Assembly: GCA_009914755.4 (NCBI GenBank)
Contig: CP068257.2
Coordinates: 34,752,001-34,816,000, forward strand
Direction: 5' to 3'
Source of the DNA: the human T2T-CHM13v2.0 reference genome, Homo sapiens
DNA length: 64,000 nt
Made by a program: the position numbers and the translations under genes. This document shows positions 1 through 15,779 of this stretch, piece after piece. Position 1 is the first letter of the stretch, and every line of letters begins with the position of its first letter. Under the pieces are notes generated by a model that saw only the letters and a list, made by a program, of their open reading frames with translations, did not search any database and was not told the DNA's origin.

Positions 1-473
1 ATGAAACCCAGGAAACCACCGATAAATCTGCAGATGATGCAGGCTGCCAATTACAAGAACTGAGAAACCAGCTACTCCTTGTCACTGAGGAAAAAGAGAA
101 TTATAAAAGACAGTGTCATATGTTTACTGATCAAATCAAAGTGTTACAACAGAGGATACTAGAAATGAATGACAAGTATGTTAAGAAAGAAACTTGCCAT
201 CAGTCCACTGAAACCGATGCTGTATTTTTACTTGAAAGTATTAATGGCAAATCTGAAAGTCCAGACCATATGGTATCTCAGTATCAGCAAGCTTTGGAAG
301 AAATAGAAAGGCTGAAAAAACAATGTAGTGCTTTGCAACATGTAAAGGCTGAATGCAGCCAGTGTTCCAATAATGAGAGTAAAAGTGAAATGGATGAGAT
401 GGCTGTGCAGCTTGACGATGTGTTTAGACAACTGGACAAATGCAGTATTGAGAGGGACCAGTATAAAAGTGAG
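1..473 (+). CDS. MORC3: Coding exon of a MORC3-like gene (C-terminal coiled-coil region). The reading frame is open from the window edge (first full codon at nt 3), so the exon probably begins upstream of the window. It ends ...QYKSE, followed by GTGAGT at 474.
   Basis: No stop codon in the frame from nt 3 to 473. GTGAGT donor at 474-479. The frame continues perfectly into the next two exons. The gene lies directly upstream of CHAF1B on the same strand, as in human chr21q22.13. The identity MORC3 is from memory of synteny and the C-terminal peptide, not a database search. Confidence 0.7.
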
Positions 474-541
474 GTGAGTTATATCATCCAACATGTAGTC
501 ATGGAGTCCAGGGCCATTTAAACCTTAAGAAGCTGCCAGTT

Positions 542-812
542 GGCTGGGCGCGGTGGCTCATACCTGTAATCCCACCACTTGGGGAGGCCAAGGCGGGTGG
601 GTCAGTCACTTGAGGTCAAGGAGTTCGAGACCAGCCTGGACAAAATGGTGAAACCCCGTTTCTACTAAAAATACAAAAATTAGCCTAGCGTGGTGGTGGG
701 AGGCTGAGGCAGGAGAATCACTTGAACCCAGGAGGCGGAGGCTGCCGTGAGCCAAGATTGCACCACCACATTCCAGCCTGGGCAACAGAGCGAGACTCTG
801 TCTCAAAAAAAA
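542..812 (+). mobile_element. Alu (sense), in MORC3 intron.
   Basis: GGCTGGGCGCGGTGGCTCA head, A-rich linker, poly(A) tail. Confidence 0.9.
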
Positions 813-1197
813 GCTGCCAATTGCTTGATTGGAATGCTTTCACTTAAAAATAATTCTGTTCTTATTGAGTGTCTGTTATTCTACTGGTTCTCAACTGAGG
901 AGAGGGCCTCCTGGAGGCATATGGAATTGTGTAGGGGCATTTTTGGTTCTTCCAATGTCTTGAGATGTGCATTCCTGAAAAATATTAGGGGTAGCCAGGT
1001 ATGGTAAATGTCCTGTTCAGAATACCAATATTAACTTAATACCTCATTAATACAGTTAATTATGTTCTTTTTTGGGCATCAATTCTGCTTTTAAGTATAG
1101 TTAATCCTTTAGTTATGGAGTCATTCATTTTTCTAGATTATGTCTTTCAAGATTCCTGAGAGAAACTGACTTATCCCTTTTAAAATCTTTGATTAAT

Positions 1198-1551
<354 letters not shown>

Positions 1552-2389
1552 TGAGTTGCTTGTGTTCTGACTATCAGAACTGAGTCATCTGGCTAAAGGG
1601 TGCCTGGGAAATGCAGTCTTTATGCATGGGTTCTTCTACTGAGAAAGAAGGAGAAAAACGATAAATACCAAGAGACAAATGATAAATATCAGTAGCCTCT
1701 TCATATGCCCCTACTTCAAATTCAGGTAGCTCCTTTTAATCTATTTTATACATTTTTGTGTGTGAGGCCTTTGAAAGGATTTTCCTGCTAAAAAGAGTTT
1801 GGGAACCATGGTGTGGTGCTGTGCTGTCTCTTCCTTGGGAATATTTGCTACTCATGCAAACACTAATCTTGATGTCTTGGCTCAGGAGTTGAATGACAAA
1901 ATACAGATGCTCCTCAACTTATGATGGTGTCAGTCCTGAAAAACCCATCATAGGTTGGAAACAGCATTAACTCCAACATTCATTTAATTACAGCCAACCT
2001 CCCAAAATCTTAGCCTAGCCTAACCTGCCTTTAAAGTGCTCAGAACACTTGTGTTAGCCTACATTTGGGCAAAATCATCTAACACAAAGTCTGGTTTATT
2101 ACAACATACTGAGTATTTCATGTAATGTATTGAATCTGTGCTGAAAATGAAAAACAGAATGATTGTATTGGTATGCAAAGTGTGGTTTCTATAGAATGCA
2201 TATAACTTTCACACCATCATAAAGCTGGAAAATCATAAAGTCAAACCGTTGTAAGTCAGGGACCATCTGTTTATAAAAAGCATAAACTCATTATTGTAAC
2301 TTAATTATAAGCTGATGAGTATGCAAGAAATAAAAACCACTGTGACATTAACATAATTTAGGCATTAGTATCTTGGTTTTTCTGTTTTG

Positions 2390-2697
<308 letters not shown>

Positions 2698-2957
2698 GTT
2701 TTTCATTTTCTAGGTACCACTTTTTTTTTTAAATCAAGTGGTAATATGTTGTATTCTCTCAGTGTAAAAAGATGTAGAAGTGAAGCTGTAAACGAATGAA
2801 GCCTTGTTTATAGAAAACTACTGGTTTTTCTTTGTGTATTTGTTTTTTGATAGTTGATAATGTTATCAAGCAGGTTCTCTATATTAGCTTGAAATTTCAC
2901 TTTGCCATTAGTATTTTTAAGTTTTACAGTTATAAAGCTCATTTATATTTTTGTTAG

Positions 2958-3115
2958 GTTGAATTGCTGGAAATGGAAAAGTCACAAATCCGTTCACAGT
3001 GTGAAGAACTCAAAACTGAAGTAGAACAGTTAAAATCTACAAATCAACAGACGGCAACAGATGTTTCAACATCAAGTAACATTGAGGAGTCTGTAAATCA
3101 TATGGATGGAGAAAG
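2958..3115 (+). CDS. MORC3: MORC3-like coding exon ([52 protein letters not shown] + 2 nt).
   Basis: Acceptor tttgttAG at 2956-2957. Donor AG|GTAAT at 3116. Entry phase 0, exit phase 2. Completed by C at 5727 to give Ser. Confidence 0.75.
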
Positions 3116-3628
3116 GTAATATTAAATGAGGCGTTTTTGTGGGGCTGCAATTATGGTTAGGATACTATTTATTTTTATCTGCTAGCACCCATCAAATAGA
3201 TACTGTTCTGTCAAAAGAAGTTATTGATGGTCTGCTGTGACCCTGGTGTTATGATAGATAAAAAAGAAGTGACACTTCATTATCCTTCCTTTCCAGTTTC
3301 TGACCCTTTAGGTTCTATTTAAGTGGAATAGGAATTTAGAAGGGATAAAGCATTTGATTGGTCAGAGTGGTTTTAGAATGCTTTTTGAAGGAAAATAAAA
3401 ATGGACAAGATATTGAAGAATAGGGGGAATTTGGCCATGAGTAGAAGACAGGAGACTTTTACTGAAACTCACTCCTTCAACCTGTTTTTCTTTTATTGTC
3501 GTACTTGGTACCATGTCTTTATGGCTTGCTGTCCTTATTTCACTGTATGCTCACTCTAATCTTTTAGGAAATTGCAAAATTATTAAAAATTGCCATAGTA
3601 CAGATGATATTAGGAAGAAGTCCTATTA

Positions 3629-4220
<592 letters not shown>

Positions 4221-4638
4221 GCTGGTATGGGAACGATTAAAGTATTATCAAAGGTCTAGTGGACTCTTACCATAAAAGCTCACAAAAAAACATGCTCAAA
4301 ATCACATTCTCCGCATTATCAGACTAAGGAAGAACATCTTGATCCCTTCATAGATTTCCACTCGAGAAAAATCAGTATCTAAATTAAATATGGACTTATT
4401 ATATTGTAGTGGGGTAGGGAACAAGAACAACTGTAACACTCATTTTATGTGTTTGCCATAATATTTGAAGCAAAAGCTGCCTTACAGTTTAGGTGTTTAT
4501 TGCTTAAATACTTTTGGGCATTTTTTAAAAAGTCTAGAATGTTGATATTCATAAACTTGGAAGGCATAATTATCTTAATCTATGGTTTCCCAGTGTTTTC
4601 AGCAAACCATTGTTCTCTGTAAATGCACGGTAACTTAA

Positions 4639-4974
<336 letters not shown>

Positions 4975-5096
4975 TAAAAAAAAAGCTGCTTTAACATTGT
5001 TTAACACAATGTTTTGCAAGCTTATTTGACCACAGAACCTTTTATTACCTCTTACACAACTATGGATATCTTATAGAACATGTTTTAGATAATTCT

Positions 5097-5545
5097 GGCT
5101 AAGCATGGTGGTTCATGCCTGTAATCCCAGCACTCTGAGGTGGGCAGAATGCTTGATTGAGCCCAGGAGTTTGAGACCAGCCTGGGCAATATAGTGAAAC
5201 CCCATTGCTACAAATAATAATAATAAAAATTAACCGGGCATGGTGGTGTGGGCCTGTGCTTCCAGCTACTCAGGAGGCTGAGGTGGGAGAATTGCGTGAA
5301 CCCTGGAGAGCAGTGGTGCCATCGCAGCTCACTGCAGCCTTGACCTCCTGGGCTCAGGTGATCCCCCACCTCACCCTCTTGAGAAGCTGAGACTACAGGT
5401 GTCGTCACCAAGCCCGGCTAATATTTTGTGTTTTTAGTAGAGTCAGGGTTTCACCATGTTGGCCAGGCTGGTCTCGAACTCCTGGGCTCCAGCGATCTCC
5501 CTCCTCGGCTTCACAAATGCTGGGAATACAGGCATGGGCAAGTGC
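5097..5545. mobile_element. Composite Alu cluster: a sense Alu 5' part (5097-~5290) fused to an antisense Alu (~5300-5545).
   Basis: GGCTAAGCATGGTGGTTCATGCCTGTAATCC. Then GCAGTGGTGCCATCGCAGCTCACTGCAGCC...GGGAATACAGGCATGGGC. Confidence 0.7.
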
Positions 5546-5726
5546 ACCTGACTCATAAAAGTGAATTATTAAAGTAAATTGAGTTCTCTAGGGGAGGTTT
5601 TGCTTTTCCTTTTGTTTAATTGTATATTATTCTACGGAGATTTGATTTTGATATTTTACTTTTTAAGGTCTACATGAATCTTAACTTGTAATGCTCATCT
5701 AATAAGTTACATATTTGTATTTGCAG

Positions 5727-5880
5727 CCTCAAACTCCGATCTCTTCGAGTTAACGTAGGACAACTGCTGGCTATGATTGTGCCTGATCTTGATCTTCAGC
5801 AAGTGAATTACGATGTTGATGTAGTTGATGAGATTTTAGGACAAGTTGTTGAACAAATGAGTGAAATCAGTAGTACTTAA
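5727..5880 (+). CDS. MORC3: MORC3-like terminal coding exon ([51 protein letters not shown]), TAA stop at 5878-5880.
   Basis: Acceptor tatttgCAG at 5724-5726. The frame carried from the previous exon reads through to TAA with no earlier stop. A long 3' UTR with poly(A) signals follows. Confidence 0.75.
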
Positions 5881-7222
5881 AGTATATGTTATGTAAGATA
5901 AAATATTTGCTCAATTCTTTTGGTTGTACAGCTTTCAAAATATAATTAATTTTGTTTTATAGATATGATAGGCAACAGACTGAAAACCATAATCTTTACT
6001 GTATTCTATGCATTCAAATGTGGTCACAAATATTGTGGACACATTATCTTATGTTTTGAAATACCTGTGAATTGTTGGCATTGAGCAGCTGAAGCTAACT
6101 CATGACTCTGTTTTGAATGTAAATATTTGTAATTAAGCCTGCACATATTTTTTTATTGCCCTAGAGTACTCAAGTGTTTTTCACCAAGAGCTTTTCAGGT
6201 TGCCCCTAAGCTTTGTGCAATTTTTTCTGGTTCCCCAAAGTGTATTTTTCTCTAAGTCGAGGGCTATGCCATAATACAAATGGAAATGTTACCTTTGATT
6301 TTCTTATAAAGGAGTTTAAATAGGATTTTTAAATAATGTAGTAACACTCCTGATACAACTCTGGTTATAAGTGAATTGAGCATTAATGTTTCTTTTGTAT
6401 AAATTCCTGTCCTGAAATATTTTATTCATGAAAATAAGGTAAGCAAAAACCAACTCCATTTTGCCAGGATTTTGTTGTGCTGAGATTGCCAATCACGGTT
6501 AAACACAAAGTGTTTTTATAGAATGAAGAAACAGTCTTTAACAGAAAAAAGGTATTGAAATATTAAATGGCCACCAAGTTTACTTTGAAGCCCATTTTTG
6601 GCTGTTTAGTCAGCATGAAGTGGGCATGATAATTTTTTAATATTTCTTTTTGTGAAATTTCCTGTACAGCCTTTTGTAGGATTACTACAGGTTAATGTGA
6701 GTTGAGGAAGACAGTCTTTCTCAAACAATACTACATACCTTTTATTATATTACAAACCTAAGTGTTTTATATCCTAGAGTCAAGGAACAAATTTCCTTAG
6801 GATTATAGTATTACATGCCATAAAATACTATGCTTTATTGGTCCCATGTTTTGTGCAATTTTAAAGAGATGGCTTTCTATTAAGTATAAACTATGTATAT
6901 ATAAGAACCATATTTTCCACAACTAAAATGTGCATTATTTTTTCCAAAGTTTTATCATTGCTATTTATTTTTACCTTTGTTTTTGAACATTCAATCCGTT
7001 CATTTTGTATGTATGCTTAATACGTGTCGGTCATATACAGTATTGAATTTTTACTGTATAGTAATTCTGGAAAGAGCAAATAAATGAAGATTGTTTTTAT
7101 TTGCCTGATAAAGTAATTGAAAGTGTATTTTTGGTATGAAGCTGGTTTTCTGTCACAATTGTAATTTCCCAAATTTTAAAATATCTTATAATAAAATAAA
7201 AATATATGATGGCTAACTGTTC
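5881..7222 (+). other. MORC3: MORC3 3' UTR (~1.34 kb). The 3' end is approximate. An alternative upstream site (AATAAA at 7079-7084 plus a GU-rich tract at 7090-7105) is also plausible.
   Basis: Unique AT-rich sequence after the stop. Overlapping AATAAA hexamers at 7190-7200. The first Alu of the intergenic spacer begins at 7418. Confidence 0.5.
7190..7200 (+). terminator. MORC3: Polyadenylation signal (two overlapping AATAAA hexamers), inferred to mark the MORC3 3' end.
   Basis: AATAAA at 7190-7195 and 7195-7200. Another AATAAA at 7079-7084 with a downstream T/GT-rich element. Confidence 0.5.
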
Positions 7223-7251
7223 AAATGCTACTTTTAAAGACTTAATATTAA

Positions 7252-7708
<457 letters not shown>

Positions 7709-8997
7709 GGACTTTTCTTTGTATAAATCATTTACTCTAGAGAAACCTTGCCTAAATAATAGCAGCTATGTAAATCATATGTAAGTTTTGTGAATATCTA
7801 ACTCATGCAGTGGTTCTTTTTGGAATTTGCTATTTTTCCCTTCCTTTTGGCCAGCTTCTCTATGTATTCTTGCAAAAATATTTCCTGTAGCTGTCTGGCT
7901 TGATGGGAAAATTAATCATGGGATTAGTAAGAGAAACTTGCTTGCTAAATTGATTCTTTGGAAGCACTTAGATACTTTTTGCTCTTTATGAAGATATTGA
8001 AGTATTGCCAAGATATGAGACTTCGAAAATGTGGCTCACAGTTGCAGACAGAACAACTGTTGTTTAACAGAACAACGTGGGCTTTCATGATGTATGTACC
8101 TTTCTCTTTCTTTTGTTGCATGTGGGGGACAGTATTGCTTCAACTAATGTTTATTACTTTAAAACACGAAAGGTATGAGGAAGTAAACCAAAACAGTCCA
8201 CAGTCTTCAAACAGGACCTAGGGTGGCAAAATCAGTGAAAGCTGAGTGAGCACACAGAGCAGGAGGGCATGGCACGTCCCTGTGTGCTTCCTTTGGGCCT
8301 CAAATTCTTCATGTGGCAGGTCCAGTTGGTGACGCTGCCTGTGATCTCAGACGCTTGATTCTTGCTGTCACATAAGACGTCTTAAACTTGGGTCATACAT
8401 CATTGAGGAATCATTTAAGTTCTCACCTCTGGCTGCGTAGTAGAATTACTTGGGGAGTTTTTTAAACTCCCAAAGTCAGGCTGCACCTCACGTTAATTAA
8501 GTCAGCGTCCTTGGGGTTAGACCCAGATAACAGTATTTTTCAAGGCCTCCCGGGTTAATTCCAGTGCACCATCAGAGCCAAGCACTGTTGAGTTGTGTCT
8601 TCTGTTGAGTATTTATAAATGTTGAACTTGAGTGGTTCACGAAACAAACGGGATCAGCATATCCACTTTCTCACTGGGGCAAGCAGGGGGAGGGAGGGGA
8701 AGCAGAGCGGTGCCCCGGTAGAGATGTAAATGAACAGTGAAAAGACTTTCTCCACGGCCTCTAAAGGTAACCACTATTGGCTTTTGTGTGCATACATGCA
8801 CACATTCATGTGTATGTATTTTATTTACATTAAATTGCGTATATTTGTGTCGATATTTACACAGTGGGATTATACCATATAATTGATAACTAAACATTTC
8901 CATATCATTCTTTCAAAAAGCTTAAGTAACATTTCATCATAGGAATATGCTCCTAATGGTTACTTACTTACTTACTTTTCGTTAGAAAGAATATACT

Positions 8998-9321
<324 letters not shown>

Positions 9322-9717
9322 TTAAATCCAGAGTGTAAATTGTTAACAGTGAATATTGATAGGTCAAAGAATGTATGCCATGTACATTTAAATAAATATT
9401 GCCATCCAAAAAAAGGTTGCAGGAATTTATACTTAGGATGAGTAATAAATATGAGTGTTTTCCTCAAAGTCTCTCAAACTTACTTTTGCTAATTTGATAT
9501 GTGAAAATATGACAGCTGACATTTGTCTCAGTCCTTACATTGGCCATTTTAATTTTCTGTGTTTTATACATGTTCTTTGCCTATTCTTTTCCACTGTGTT
9601 CTTGTCTTCTTGCTGTAAAGAAGCTGAAAGCTTGTGTTAATTTGGCCACACACCACCCAAAAACTACCCAGACACACTACCCATTTCTTCCTATTTCAGA
9701 AAATCCACAGTAGGTTG

Positions 9718-9718
<1 letters not shown>

Positions 9719-9755
<37 letters not shown>

Positions 9756-10036
9756 AGACAGGGTTTCATTCTGTTGCCCAGGCTAGAGTGCAGTGGTGTG
9801 ATCATGGCTTACTGCAGCCTCAACCTCCGAGGCCCAAATGCTCCAGCTGCCTCAGCCTCCCGAGTAGCTGGCACTAGAGGCGTGCACCACCATGCCCAGC
9901 TAATTTTTCTATTTTTTGTAGAGATGGGGTTTCGCCATGTCCAGGCTGGTCTTAAGCTCCTGGACTCAAGCAGTCCACCCTTCTGGGCCTCCCAAATTGT
10001 TGGGATTACAGGCATTTGAGCCACCGCGCCTGACTG
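9719..10036 (-). mobile_element. Alu (antisense) with a 36-nt poly-T.
   Basis: Poly-T, GAGACAGGGTTTCATTCTGTTGCCCAGGCTAGAGTGCAGTGG. Confidence 0.9.
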
Positions 10037-10371
10037 GTTAAGTCCTATTTTGTGCAGTGTCTCATAAACAGGGACTCACTGAAGTGGCTTGAAAATCTAA
10101 ATAGAATCCTATCTGCATATTTGTCTGTTGAATGTTGGTCACAGCTCACAAGATGAATGCTGTTAATATCTGATTGGCGTAGAGGAAAAAATAAATCTGT
10201 TGCTTTTTAGAATTGTCTATTGATCACAGAGTTAACTTTCACATACTAGCCTGTAGGAAGAAAGTCTGGTTAAGAGTTAACAAGAAACCTTTTAAAGCCA
10301 CAATTTCTTAGAGAGTCATCAGGACTCAATGTCTTGGTAACAAGACAGAATAAATTTAAATTTGAATATAA

Positions 10372-10775
<404 letters not shown>

Positions 10776-11059
10776 CTGTATCTTCATAACAAAATGTAAT
10801 GGTGTTTTATATTCACAAAGGAGTCAAGTCTTCCTAATCTCCCATGGGGTTCCTGTTGGAAGTGAGGCTCTTGGTTTGTACTGTGATCTGAACCATGACT
10901 GAATTAAGGTAATTTGAGTATAGAATTTTTTCTGTTCTAGGCAATTGTCTCTTGTTTTGTGACTCCCTTGGTGGGAATCTCTCTCAAAATGTGATATTCA
11001 TGGAGGCAACTGAAGTACCAGCAAGCTTGTCCAACCTGCCTTGCTTGGTTGTGTTTTTT

Positions 11060-11167
11060 TAGTTTTTTTTCCCCAGGCTGGTCTCAAGAACTTCTGGGCT
11101 CAAGGGATCTGCTCACATTGGCCTCCCAAAGTGTTGGGATTACAGGCATGAACCACTGCTTCTGGCT
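11060..11167 (-). mobile_element. Partial Alu (antisense, one arm).
   Basis: CCCCAGGCTGGTCTCAAGAACTTCTGGGCTCAAGGGATC...GGGATTACAGGCATGAACCACTG. Confidence 0.75.
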
Positions 11168-11183
11168 TTAAATATATATATAT

Positions 11184-11467
11184 TTTTTGAGACAGGCTCT
11201 TGCTTTGTCACCCAGGCTCGAGTAGCAGTGGCGCGATCACAGCTCACTACAGCCGCAATCTCCCGGGCTCAGGTAATCCTCCCACCTCAGCCTCCTGGGT
11301 AGCCAGGACCACAGGCACACACCACTATGCCCAGCTAATTTTCGTATTTTTTGTGGAGACAGATTTTTGACTTGTTGCCCAGGCTGGTCTCAAAATTCCT
11401 GGGCTCAAGCGATGCACTCCCCCACCTCTTAACCTCCTAAAGTGTGGGGATTACAGGAATGAGCCCT
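11184..11467 (-). mobile_element. Alu (antisense).
   Basis: TTTTTTGAGACAGGCTCTTGCTTTGTCACCCAGGCTCGAGTAGCAGTGGCGCG. Confidence 0.9.
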
Positions 11468-11673
11468 AACTTAGGGTTTTGTTTTTTTTGTTTGTTTGTT
11501 TTTCTGTACTCTGTATACTCCAGGGTATTTCAGATGTAAGGTATTTCAATACATCTAATAAATTTCCTGGTCTAGACTTGGTGACAGCCATTTCTCCAAA
11601 AGTTCTGCTTCATTTTGTGGGAAATGCTATTTGAAGATAATAATCTAGGCACAGATATAGTCATTGTTTCTAG

Positions 11674-12030
<357 letters not shown>

Positions 12031-12839
12031 TAGTAGACTGAACTAAAAGAGACTATAATATAGTCTCTTTTGCTGAAAATCTGGGTTCCTAACCACACAA
12101 GTATTTGCTCTTCCTAATGTATACATAAATACATAGGTATGCATATATGTAACAATACCAATATTTTCTAGCCATAGTATGACTGAAGGTAAGCTTTCTT
12201 TGGGGTAGTATAAAATTTCTGTGTTTGCCAATCACTTGAAATAATAACTCCTTGTGTGCATCACACACATCCATGTTGCTGCCTGTGTCAGTCAGTGTAG
12301 AGTTCTCCAGAAAATCGGAGCCCAATATGATAGATGCAAGAGATTGATCAGGAGGAGTGGCTTAAGTGGTTATGGAGTCTGAGAAGTCCCATGATCTGCT
12401 GTCTGCAAGATGGAGACCCAAGAAAGCCTGTGGTATAACTTAGTCCCACTCCAAAGCCCTGAGAACCAGGGACACCAGTGGCATAAGTCCTGGAGTCAAA
12501 AGACCTGAGAACCAGGAGCTCTGATGTCTGAGGGTGGAAGAGGATGTCCCAACTCAAGAAGAGACAGAATTTGCCCTTCCTCTACTTTTTGTTCTTTTCA
12601 GACTCAACAGGTTGGATGATGCCCCAGATACTGCCCAGGTTGGTGAGGGCGGATCTTCTGTACTCAGTCTACTGATTCAAATGCTAAAGTCTTCCAGAAA
12701 CACCCTCATAGTCAGAAGTAATGTTGACCACCTATCGGGTATGTCTTAGCCCGGGCAAACTGAGGCATAAAATTAACTATCACAGTATTTCTTTTGGATT
12801 ACCGAGTAGAATACCGTGGTATGAATATGGCACAGTCTG

Positions 12840-13118
12840 ATTACCTTTTCTCCTGTGGGTGGACATTTGGTGTCTTTCTAGTTTGGGGCTATTATGGATA
12901 ATGATTCTTGTATGAGTTTGCTTTTGTTTTCCTGATATATATGCCAAGGAGTGGAATTGCTGAGTCATAGGGTAGGCGTATCATTAACTTTATTAGACAG
13001 TGCTGAACAGTTTTCTAAAGTATTTACATCAGTTTACACTTCCACCAGTAGTGTGCCAGAGGTCCCGTTGTTCTCAATCTCCTGTATTGATTTCCGTCAT
13101 TTCTATTTTTCTTTTTCT
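12840..13118 (+). mobile_element. Old L1 fragment (ORF2 3'-end / 3' UTR region).
   Basis: CCAAGGAGTGGAATTGCTGAGTCATAGGGTA...TTTACACTTCCACCAGTAGTGTG...TTCTCAATCTCCTG, which resembles the L1 consensus GGAGTGGAATTGCTGGGTCATATGGTA...ACATTCCCACCAACAGTGT. Recalled from memory. Confidence 0.6.
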
Positions 13119-13123
13119 TTCTT

Positions 13124-13276
13124 TTTTTTTTTTTTTTTTTCAGACTGAGTCTGTTTCTGTCGCCCAGACTGGAGTGCAGTGGCATGATCTTGGCTCACTG
13201 CCCTCTGGGTTCAAGTGATTCTAGTGCCTCAGCCTCCGAGTAGCTGGGATTACAGGCGCCACCACCATGCCTGGCT
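13124..13276 (-). mobile_element. Partial Alu (antisense, one arm with an internal deletion).
   Basis: Poly-T, CAGACTGAGTCTGTTTCTGTCGCCCAGACTGGAGTGCAGTGG...CATGCCTGGCTG. Confidence 0.8.
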
Positions 13277-13588
13277 GTTATTATTATTATTATTATTATT
13301 ATTTTTGAGATGGAGTTCTGCTCTTGTTGCCCAGGCTGGAGTGCAATGGCGCAATCTCGGCTCACTGCAATCTCCGCCTCCCAGGTTGAAACGATTCTCT
13401 GGCCTCAGCCTCCTGAGTAGCTGGGATTACAGGTGCCTGCCACCGCGCCTGACCTATTTTTTCTATTTTTAGTAGAGATGGGGTTTCACCATGTTGGCCA
13501 GGCTGGTCTCAAATTCCTGACCTCAAGTGATCCGCCCGCTTCAGCCTCCCAGATGCTGCAATTACAGGCGTGAGCCACTACGCCTGGC
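13277..13588 (-). mobile_element. Alu (antisense) with a (TTA)8 head.
   Basis: (TTA)n T-tract, GAGATGGAGTTCTGCTCTTGTTGCCCAGGCTGGAGTGCAATGGCGC. Confidence 0.9.
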
Positions 13589-13611
13589 TTCTCCTAGTTT
13601 TCTTATTCTGA

Positions 13612-13984
<373 letters not shown>

Positions 13985-14203
13985 TGATTTTAGAATGTTC
14001 ACACTTACAAATGGAAATTAAAATGCCTTGAGAAGTTTTTTTTCGAAGCTGAGTTAAGAGTTAGTCCCTTTATATCAATTTTCATTATTAAAAAGTTCTC
14101 AGGAACCAAATAACATTGGTCCCCTTAAATTGAGGCAGTTCTGCTCAAAATGGATGCTTGGGGCCCAAGCTGAACAACAGTGGTTGTTGAGGAATCTAGT
14201 TAG

Positions 14204-14527
<324 letters not shown>

Positions 14528-15779
14528 CAGGAATTCTTTAGTCCAACATTTGTGGTGCAAACTTTGAGGTTTTGAACAAATACTTTTTTTTTTTTTTTTT
14601 GAGAAAATATTTGACAGCCCAGGGCCTCTCTCTAGAGCCGCATCCCCTGCCCGTGTTGGCTCATCAAGTTGGCACTGAAGTCGGATCTCTAAAATGTTCG
14701 CCAAGAAAGCCAACTCCTTCATGTACTTTTAATACTTAAAGCATGTGTTTTTATCTTTTAAATCCACAGTTCAGAGTCGTGACACTTCAAGAGGTGGGCA
14801 GATTATTCATTTGTGAATGAACAGCATTTATGAGAAATTTGGAGAAATTTTATGTTTGAGAGACACGAAGAATCCAGAGCTTTCCAAAACAGACTGATGA
14901 TCACACCCACCGGGGAGTTTATGAAAATGCAAGCCCCTGGAGCACGGGCCTCTGCTGGATATTCGGAATCATGGGGCTGAGTAGGGCCAGGAATCTGTAC
15001 TTTTAGAACAGCCATATTATCTAAAGTATATAGTCATTCCCAGTCCAAGCTCTGTAAATCCTGAAGAGAAAAATCTAAAAACTGCATATCCGGATTATGT
15101 TATTCTAGCTTCCTGTAGAAATCAGGCTTCAAGGAGCATACAGCCATTCTCATCAACATGAGACACGGATTTGTAGGCAATTTCTGTACCTTTCATAAAG
15201 CTGGCTAAAAGCATCAGCCGGTATTTATATAAGAATCCATGTCTGTTCTTTTTTTCCAAAAATCCTAGAGCAGTTGGCTCCTCAGATAACCCTGTGTGTT
15301 TCTTTTATCCAGTAAAAGCAGCGCATCCAGAGGTACTTGTTTCCTGGCCTTCTGCGAAGCCCACAGATAAATTAGGTCTCATTTGGAAACGTCCCATTTC
15401 GAAAAGCCTGAGGTATCTATCTCTGCCTACCGACTGATTTACAGCCTCACTTTAAAATGTTAGTCTGTTCTTAAAAAGGGTTTATAACTGCATCTACTAT
15501 AATAATAAAATGTAAGCAACCTTGCGCTAGGTACTGAACAATTTCATAGCTTTGAACTCTCCAAAATGTTCTAGAAGCCAATACAGAAAACCCAAAAATC
15601 TCAGTTTTTGTTTGCAGAAGGGGCAAGAGAACCGGTTGTGTTAGCCCTCCAAGTGCCCAGCGCCAGCATAGGGTCTGTCTAACACACAGCCCAGGCTCTG
15701 TAAACCTTTGCTAAAAGAGCGAATCAACAAGGAATAAGTAATGGATAATAATAAAAAATAATAATGAATCCATTCTTCC

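Noticed and set aside
7079-7084. Alternative MORC3 poly(A) signal (AATAAA + GU-rich ttgtttttatttg) ~110 bp upstream of the one annotated.
   Set aside because: Not rejected as non-functional. Both may be used. I annotated the distal hexamers at 7190-7200 as the primary end because the spacing to CHAF1B then fits my recollection of the locus. This cannot be decided from sequence alone.
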